A DNA stretch of 32,770 nt. Source: Dicyema japonicum (taxonomy: Eukaryota; Animalia; Dicyemida). Made by a program: the position numbers and the translations under genes. Where the stretch lies: assembly GCA_011109175.1 (NCBI GenBank), contig RDEW01000003.1, positions 811,951-844,720 of the forward strand. Reading direction: 5' to 3'. The notes beneath the pieces are model-generated. The model did no database searches. It was not told the DNA's origin and was given only the letters and a program-made list of their open reading frames with translations. Positions 25,334 to 32,770 of this stretch are shown one piece after another (position 1 is the stretch's first letter; the number at the start of each line of letters is the position of its first letter).

Positions 25334-26660
25334 TTAATCTATAATCAAAAAAGTAGATAACCTTCTGTCGTTCCCTCTCCCAAATCATAACTAGATTTGG
25401 AGTTAATCCGTTTTTCTCGAGCCATTTTCTTAGCTCGATTTTTACGAATAACATCTACAATGATGTGTAAACAAACCTTCGAATGATGGCTTTGATATTC
25501 CCACAATCTCCGTACCACCTATATTTTAATCAACAACAAACGTCCACTGTTCAGATACTCTATCTTTTCACCATTAAGAGTATCCAAACCTACAACCCTT
25601 ACTCTTTTAGATCTTCTATGTCCAAGGGGTCCTATCTCTGGGATCACTATCCTTCCCCGAATTCCCCGATTAGACAATACTTAAAATATAAAAAACGGAC
25701 AACCTCAATTATTCCACGAAATCTCTTTACCATTTCATCATAGTTTTCTAATTTCGTGAGTTTGATCATTGAATCATTCACTTTACGTCTTCTTTGTTTT
25801 TTATTATATTTTGGCTAAAATGAGCACAAATAAACTCTAATATTTTTCATATCACTCATCTTTATGTCAGTCATGACTTGTGCGTCTTTACAAGAAACAC
25901 TACAGTTAGTTAATTTAATACATTTTCTTATTGGGAATATTCCGAACAGTTGAATGTTCATTAACATCTGAGTGAATTGGCTTATCACAAGACATTGAAC
26001 TTTTCATTATCTTTGGTATAACCATTCTATCATCTGGACTTCCGACATTCCTTATAGAACTCACTAATACAACATAAATATGAATGGAACCTCTGGGGAC
26101 AATAGAGTCATCCTCGATATTTTCCACTATCGTCTCTCTTCCAATATTATCATCCATAGTCTCCACCAGCATAGTATTCGCCCCAGTATTATCTTCTATA
26201 GTCTCCTCTAATAGGGTACCTTTCCTAATATTCTTCTCTGTGTATCTTTCATTTCTTTGGTAATTTATTTTTTCCAAATATGCAGACTTTCTAGGAATTA
26301 AAACATCTTGTAGAGAAGACATCGAAGGTGATAGTATCCTAGTATCCCCACGACTTTCGATTTTGTTAGAAAATAAATTCAACCATTGGATCTAAATATT
26401 ATAAATAAGAATACAAAAGAAGGATCGTTATTTCGGGGATCTATTATTTTATTGGAAGTTTCATCACTGTCGACAGGGGTACTGCAGTAATTGGCGTAAT
26501 GTTTATTAACAAGTTCTTGTTCATCATCAGTAATACCTGTAAATGTGAATAATATTAGTTACTGTCAAGACGTATCAGTTTGTGTCTCCTTGCTAATCTT
26601 CCATTTCTATATTTTTTAACACGCTCACTGTCTCTCATCACAACAGAAAATAATGTCCGC
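25334..26660 (-). pseudogene. 5'-incomplete multi-exon host gene with ten 21-27 nt introns and a CENP-C-like motif, frameshifted by one 26-nt insertion
   Basis: Introns 26607-26628, 26537-26562, 26392-26414, 26064-26090, 25900-25921, 25815-25835, 25680-25703, 25519-25541, 25455-25476 and 25339-25361. With 25645-25670 also removed, the exons total 1068 nt (355 aa plus stop) with no internal stop. Motif RRSKRVRVVGLDTLNGEKIEY at 25555-25617. Confidence 0.8.
26100..26220 (-). repeat. Three degenerate coding tandem repeats of about 42 bp (14 aa)
   Basis: TLLEETIEDNTGAN / TMLVETMDDNIGRE / TIVENIEDDSIVP. Confidence 0.7.
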
Positions 26661-26769
26661 CTAATTTTATTTATTTTATTAATTATTTTTATTTATTTAT
26701 TTGACATTAATTAGTAATTTTTACTAATGAAGACTTGGCTACGGGACGAGTGCTATTCTAATGTTCCCA

Positions 26770-26875
26770 GATTTCTTTAATCATGTGTATTGATGTTGAA
26801 CCTAACCAGGACCCGTGTCATTTCAGGGAATGTTGAAGATACTCCAGTTGAGCATAAACGAACTTTCCAAAAAAA
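26770..26875 (+). mobile_element. Second, decayed 2A-like peptide plus endonuclease start of an APE LINE
   Basis: LIMCIDVEPN(1-nt deletion)GP followed by MLKILQLSINELSKK; same layout as 1730-2008. Confidence 0.65.
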
Positions 26876-26901
26876 TGTGTTGATTTACACACATTTTTTA
26901 G

Positions 26902-26988
26902 CTTGAGGCAGTGCAAACTTCGGACCTTTCAAGATGGCCTCGGCTTCAAATCTTTTGCCGAAATTTCGCTCCTTGCCTTACTTTTTCG
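26902..26988. repeat. Dispersed repeat of about 88 bp, copy 1
   Basis: cttgaggcagtgcaa..cggacctttcaagatgg..tcaaat..gccgaaatttc..ctccttg, closely similar to 27877-27965. Confidence 0.85.
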
Positions 26989-27179
26989 CAATCGTTGTGT
27001 GGACGTTTTTTGGCACTCACCAGAAAGAGTTAAGATAACCTCGGATTGAAATTCTTAAGGTGCTATTCAGCTCAAACTCAAAGTGATTTTTTGTCTCCTG
27101 TGAGAGCATCAGGCTTCATAATAAATTTGTTCGACAAAGATATACTAAAACACGTGTTTACTTGGTTCGTTTCTTGATA

Positions 27180-27800
27180 TCCGCAATTGCTTCCTACACA
27201 CCAAATTGTTTATTAAATATGCTTGCCTTCGAGAAGACAAAGAAATCTTAGATATGGATATTGGCTACCCTATCGTATGGTTCGGACAGCAGAGTTGTCT
27301 TCGAAGATAATGTTGTGTGTTCTCTTTGGAGACTAGTGTGTTGGAGCACTCCTTTTTGACCTGACTGTGAATGATGTCGCATGCAATGTGCTTTCTCTAT
27401 TAAACGTATGGTATATGGATGAAGTGGAGGCCCTTATGACTCCGTCTTGAAAGACATCTATGTCATTAACAACTCTAAGGAGTCTTTGATTATCAACATC
27501 TCTATGTCCGCCCAAGATTTAGTTTTCGTTGCCGGAGCTTTAGAGATAAGTTTATGGGATAAAGGATCGGGAAGTGGGTGAATTTTTATTCCTTAAGATT
27601 TGCTTTGGTGACGACGGAGAGCTCTTTCCTCGAAGGAATCTCTGCTACACTCTACATCAAAGAAGCTCTAAGGATTTTAAGGTTGAATCGACGATGCTTA
27701 GGATATCCCATGCCAAAGATCCTTGATTCACACATGGTGTTCTTCCCGCTGAAAAAATGTCTTTCTTACTCTTTGTTCTGGGATACTCGTCATCCTTTAA
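27180..27800 (+). mobile_element. CRE-clade reverse transcriptase fragment
   Basis: YGSDSRVVF..GALLFDLTVNDV..LNVWYMDE (YLDD-equivalent)..LDSHMVFFPLKKCLS. Confidence 0.75.
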
Positions 27801-27876
27801 GCACAGGGACATTCTAAACGCCATCAACTCAAATCCTTAGTGGAGGGAAGTTTTTTATTTAGCTCAACGATCTAGT

Positions 27877-27965
27877 CTTGAGGCAGTGCAATCCCCGGAC
27901 CTTTCAAGATGGTCTAGGCCTCAAATATTTGGCCGAAATTTCCCTCCTTGTTTTTCTTTTTTCGT
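27877..27965. repeat. Dispersed repeat of about 88 bp, copy 2
   Basis: Direct repeat of 26902-26988. Confidence 0.85.
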
Positions 27966-28129
27966 GTGGTTCATTTGTTTGCCTTTCGTCGAGATTTTTC
28001 TCAACATTTTAAGATCTTTTCTTGAACGTTTATCTCTAACTAGTCACGTAGCCGATATATTAGGGATAGATTTGTAGTGGGTGAACAATTGAGAAATGAT
28101 AATATGAACTTTCGTGTATTAATCTCAAA

Positions 28130-28300
28130 CTTGGAATGCTGACAGTTACATGGCAGATGGAATAATCATCTTTTTCGCTGCTGGGAATCACCTATTATGG
28201 AATGTAACGTATATGAACAACTTCGCTTCAAATAACCTCCTTCAGAGTGTTGCCAATACCAGTTGAGCTCTGGTAGGTTGAAATATTGCTGAAAGTATGC
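28130..28300 (+). mobile_element. Degraded CRE RLE fragment
   Basis: ADGIIIFFAAGNHLLWNVTYMNNFASNNL parallels PDGMT..G..LIWDAT. Confidence 0.5.
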
Positions 28301-28329
28301 TAACCTTTTGGTGAGCATAATGAAAGCTA

Positions 28330-28640
28330 TGGTACTTATAGCACCGCATAGGTAGGACACAGATTTTATTTTAGAGTAAGGTCACGTAGTTATTTTAACT
28401 AAACATGGAAAAATAGATAAAGCACGTTCATGACTTTTTCTTTTTGTTGGGTGTGAGCCCTTGTAAACAATCTGGTACCGAGTAAGGTATCAATGATAAT
28501 GACGTCTTTTGTCAAAACAAGAACCACCATTTGTGGGTTAGACTCTCTGTCGGGATGGACAGCACCAAGATTCGAACATTTGGATTTTGTCCGAGATTTG
28601 AACACTGCGCAATACTCATGGCCAGAATAATATTTACTAT
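28330..28640 (-). mobile_element. Diverged SINE copy
   Basis: tatagcaccgcataggtaggacacag..gttattttaactaa..tttttctttttgttgggtgtgagccc aligns with the 23.7 kb copy; GTTCGAATC on the minus strand. Confidence 0.7.
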
Positions 28641-29169
28641 CAGCATCACACGTGATCTTCAGAGTTCTTTCAATTTTGGGCTGGACGAGGTTCAAACCGG
28701 ATTTTATGTTTCCTAAATCTCCCGAGTCCTTAACCTAGTCAATGCTCAATAGAAAAAAGGAAGATGAAGTTTCCATAAATCATGAAGCTAATTGTACATT
28801 TCGTTTGATACAATAGAATCAACTAATTAAAATATCTGCAACTTACGAATCTTTCCAAAGTCATACACAAGCCCACTTAGAACCAAGATGTTGGTACTTC
28901 AAAACGTAGCAGTTATAAAAATTCACAAGAAATGATCAATTGGAAAATATAATGGTGTTATTTGGTGCCATCCTATTCTTAGACGTGAACCAAGTGACGC
29001 TGAGTTAATACCATCAGGACAGAGAAGATAAAACAGAATCCTTCACTCTTTTGTCAGTGGTGAATTGAACTTATATAAATAATATTATTGTTAGGTATTT
29101 GCAACAAAACCACCTACATTCATGTTGTATCGTCTATGTTCAAGTTTATCAGTGTTTTGAGAGTAACGG

Positions 29170-29390
29170 ATTCAAACTCGAAACGTTGGAGAATCTGATA
29201 TCTTTCAAATTGCTCATTTATTCACTCGTAGTGGATGCATGTTTCCTCTCTCAGATTCAATCTGGAAATTTCAAAGTGTGACAAATTCTTGGACCACTCA
29301 CCCAGACATAAATATCATATCCATCCCACTCATTCAGAAAGACTTATGGGAGCGTATAGTAATCGTGGTAGGCATTTGGAGGTAGTATCC
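29170..29390 (+). mobile_element. Possible I/Ingi-like LINE C-terminus
   Basis: IAHLFTRSGC..KDLWERIV resembles the AQLRSG..DLW..P ending; degraded. Confidence 0.35.
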
Positions 29391-29989
29391 ATATGGTTAG
29401 TTTTAGTTGAGTAATTAACTAATATTTAACAAGTCAGATGGATAAATTCTTTTAAAGAATCATCATTAACACAACTCTCCATTAATATTTAATGACACTT
29501 ACCCTCTCAATTACCATTCATGGTTTATGCATCTTACTGCCCCGCTGGATATCGTGGCACATACTCAGTTTCTTTAGTTGGAAAGACTGTCCATATAAAA
29601 ATAATACACATTCAATAAAAAAGCGATTCAGTCAATTGAATAAATTAAATACATTAAAATCAAACAATAACAACAATCCTTTAATAACTTCAATTGGACA
29701 AAATTCGATGCACTTTTTACAAATATACATGTGTCCACTACTTCGGAAACGTCGTAATTTGACTGGGAAGCCTCTTCCATTATCAACTTGGGGCCACTCT
29801 GATAGAGATTACCTTCTGTCTTATTACTTCTAACAGATCTTCATCATCTCGCTTTCGCTCGGAAATAGCCCTTCCAGCTCCGTGATTCCTAATGTCTAAG
29901 AAATCCTACGTCTTCCCAGTCAGCACATAACTGCACGTGCCCATCGTCCTGGGCTGGCCATTCAACTACAAATATCAATTCTAGCAAAC

Positions 29990-30051
29990 TTGGTAATCAA
30001 AGGGATCATATAAGTCACTTTAGCCTGACACCTAACCACTACGCCACCCGG
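29990..30051 (-). mobile_element. SINE head fragment with a Pol III A box
   Basis: ccgggTGGCGTAGTGGttaggtgtcaggctaaagtgactta overlaps the 23.9 kb head (tgtgtcgggctaaagtggctta). Confidence 0.7.
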
Positions 30052-30078
30052 ATAAAATTGATAAAATTATCTTATTTA

Positions 30079-30169
30079 AATGAATAAAACATGATAAAAA
30101 TTACTTTTATCTTATTTTAATAAAATATAAAATAAAAAAATTCTAGCATTATAGCACATAAATAGCCCT
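30079..30169. repeat. AT-rich dispersed repeat, copy 2
   Basis: Homologous to 2188-2278. Confidence 0.75.
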
Positions 30170-30179
30170 TATATTACTA

Positions 30180-30410
30180 CACTTTATGAAGTGCCATATT
30201 AGCTATAGCTCCTCCTAGGCATAACACATTCTTAATGTTAAGTATAGAATAGTTATCATAACTAATCGATGAGAGAAAACCAAGGATTTTCATTTCTGTT
30301 TTCTTTTTGTTTTATAGAGACATTTTGTAGACGATCCGAGTCAGCTGGTAGAATCACTAATGACGGCGTCACTCTTCAAGTCAAAGCTGACACAATAGGA
30401 ATATCAATGT
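30180..30410 (-). mobile_element. 5'-truncated SINE copy (core and tail)
   Basis: gccatattagctatagctcc..atgacggcgtcactcttcaag matches the family. Confidence 0.75.
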
Positions 30411-30611
30411 TGACAGTGAATCAATTTCTTCGTGTTAAAGATATTTCAATTAAAAATATGATCCCAAATATAAAAAGCCAATAACTCAAAATAAAAAAAA
30501 TAATTAAATCAAATATTACAACACTAGTAAAATCATCTTATATTTATTAGCAGAAGTTCGAGTAAACACCACCAATTCCTCCCACCCTTCGCCTGATCAC
30601 CCAATGAAAGT

Positions 30612-31135
30612 CTACAAAAAACAATCGCATCTTGGTCCGCGACGGCAAAACGCTTTCAAGTGATCTTCCAACATCGGCTGATTGAAATTCGTTTTGAAGA
30701 CCTCATCATTCTTATTAAGTAAAAAGCCGACGTGACAGTATTTTAGCAAAAATTTCATATTCACCACAATTTGGTTATTGTATTGACTTACCACCATGTT
30801 GGTTACCTCAAACCGTGGATCCTCTTGATCTTGCCTTCTAATACCGTTCCTTTTCCTCTTTCTCTTTTTCAGCCTCCTCAATTCACGGATTCTCTTCATT
30901 CATAGGCTACTTCATCATCCTTAAAACGGATGTCCATAAGCCACATATAGCTAATTCAGTGGAAGTATCCCCTCGGTTTGCATCTTCAATCATCCTTAAC
31001 GTCGACTCCCTCTGGTCCTTAGCGATATCTGACGTATTTCAATCTTTCTCTTTAATTATTTCTTTTTCTCCAACTCCTGTAGACTTTTCCTGTTTTCCCG
31101 TTAAATAATAACCGCTTTTAAAAGTGGAGACGGAA
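30612..31135 (-). pseudogene. MFAP1: MFAP1 (spliceosomal B-complex protein) pseudogene fragment
   Basis: LLKAVII; STLRMIED; DDEVAYE..IRELRRLK; MKFLLKYCHVGFLLNKNDEVFKTNFNQPMLEDH parallels MFAP1 YKFLQKYYHRGAFF..APTLEDH. Confidence 0.8.
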
Positions 31136-32089
31136 CAAAAATGCTTGTTTTATAAAGTGAAAAATTAATTTTCTCCACTACAAATAGAAAATGGAAAAGC
31201 TGTGGGATTGGAACATCGGAGTGTGTTAACCTTTTCGGTGATATAATAATCTTTACGTAATGGACACTGTTGGAGCACTGAGACTTTTTTCTTACGATTT
31301 TTTTTAAAAATTCGGCAACCTAATCTCATTCCACTCAGAGAAACTCAAAAAGCGATGATAGCTAAGAATTCAAACGGTTTTCTTTTCAATCCCAAAGGGG
31401 TTTATTCACACTGTTAGTGCTTCGATTTTCTAACTCTTATTTTGTTTGTCGACTTTTGGAATGTCACATTCCAATATGGTTACACTAAAATAAACGTTAC
31501 AATACTTAACTTTTTTTTAAATTTATTAAGCCAATTATATTATTTTTTTAATTTATTAAATAAGTTAATACAGCGGCCCTTATTTACCACCGTAACCGTA
31601 TTGGCATGTGACACGCTTAATTAGTTGGATTACTCCTTCTTTCTTGGTGTTCCCTTTTCGGGGTTATTAAATAAATAAATGTGACACGCAACCATTCCAA
31701 GATGATAATCTGGGAACATGAAGAACGTTGAAAACTGATCATGAAAGTTTGACGAATATCAATATATTATTTTTTAGTAAATTATTATTATTTTTATTAC
31801 CAAGGGTAAAACCAATTTAACTACTTTATTGATCCACACGTTTCCAGTAGAACCGTCATCCATTAACAGTGATCCGGAGGAATTGGTCGGATAGCTGAAG
31901 TTGATGCCAAAGCTTGTCGCTAGGGAGTGAAATAGTCCCTCAGTGGAATGAAGATATGGATCGCTTTGAATACCGACCAGGCATTGGACGTTTCTTGAGT
32001 AAGGTTGATCCGATGTAGCCGAAATTGGGAAGGTAACAAGGTATAGGTAAAAAAGTGATGGTTAGATAACGGATACCTGAGGGACACCA

Positions 32090-32770
32090 TTGGGGAGATA
32101 GTCCACTGCTTTTTGGTGCATAGTTCTATAACGCCGTGATGACATCCTCAGGCGACGTAGACAAGGGGGTCACTTTTGATGGGGGTAAACAGTGCGTAGG
32201 TCATTCGGAGAGGGTTGATGCTTCTCCAATAGAATCTTGTAGGTATCAGCGGTTGGAGTGAGATGGCCTACAATGCGGATCGGGTTCCTCCTTCAAGCAA
32301 CTTCGATCGTACAGTCCTTCTTAGGCGAAAAATCTGCAATCTTGGGGGAGCCAAGTGCGAAAGTAGCAAAATAACACAAACGTACCCAGTCGTTTTATAA
32401 AGTCGGAGTGGAGAACATCGCCGATTGCTTTAGTTAAAGCTTCGCCAGCTAGGGGCGTGCTGCTTTTAGGATCTTCACCGGATACTCTTGATGAACGGCG
32501 TTCATTGATAAGTTTAAGTAGCGAATCTGGATCCAATTGGAAAGGTCTTTTCCGGAGTGTATACACTCGCGTGACCATTTGGAAACCCCCAGCCAATTCC
32601 AAGGTACGAGCGTCAGTGCCATGTTCCAAGGGCGCGGATGGATGCCTGAGGAGCTTCAAAACATCAGAAGTGAAAGAAGCCTCACAGCAGAACAAGAAAT
32701 TCTGAACTTCTCAAGTTGCTCATGTTGCACGCACATCAATTGGACGATGACTTTTCGAGCAACATTCCAT
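32090..32770 (-). mobile_element. CRE-clade N-terminal (pre-RT) fragment
   Basis: RVSGEDPKSSTPLAGEALTKAIGDVL..FVLFCYF; TYKILLEKHQPSPNDLR; SPEDVITAL fit the CRE pre-RT region. Confidence 0.6.

Noticed and set aside
1-32770. CRISPR array, prokaryotic operon or rRNA
   Set aside because: No regularly spaced repeats or rRNA signatures; the content is eukaryotic.

Overview
AT-rich eukaryotic (probably animal) genomic DNA that is mostly a graveyard of decayed transposons, with fragments of host genes in between. No CRISPR array, rRNA or intact tRNA is visible. Transposon content: eight CRE-clade (RLE-type) non-LTR fragments; I/Ingi-type and RTE-type LINE pieces, two of which carry 2A-like D-x-E-x-NPGP peptides upstream of the endonuclease; Tigger, pogo/Tc2 and Tc1 remnants; three Buster-type hAT elements (one with both TIRs and a perfect CTCTAAGC TSD); a BED-finger hAT; and seven pieces of one tRNA-derived SINE family. 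Host-gene remnants resemble DEPDC1, RPL7, RPUSD2 and MFAP1. The most striking feature is a minus-strand gene (25334-26660) missed by the ORF track. Removing ten GT-AG introns of only 21-27 nt and one 26-nt insertion gives a stop-free 355-codon frame with a CENP-C-like motif. The insertion is an inverted copy of sequence from the neighbouring gene. Such short introns with the standard genetic code suggest a lineage such as the dicyemids (inference). Family assignments come from hand translation and remembered motifs, not database searches. Fragment ends are approximate unless TIRs, TSDs or splice sites are given.
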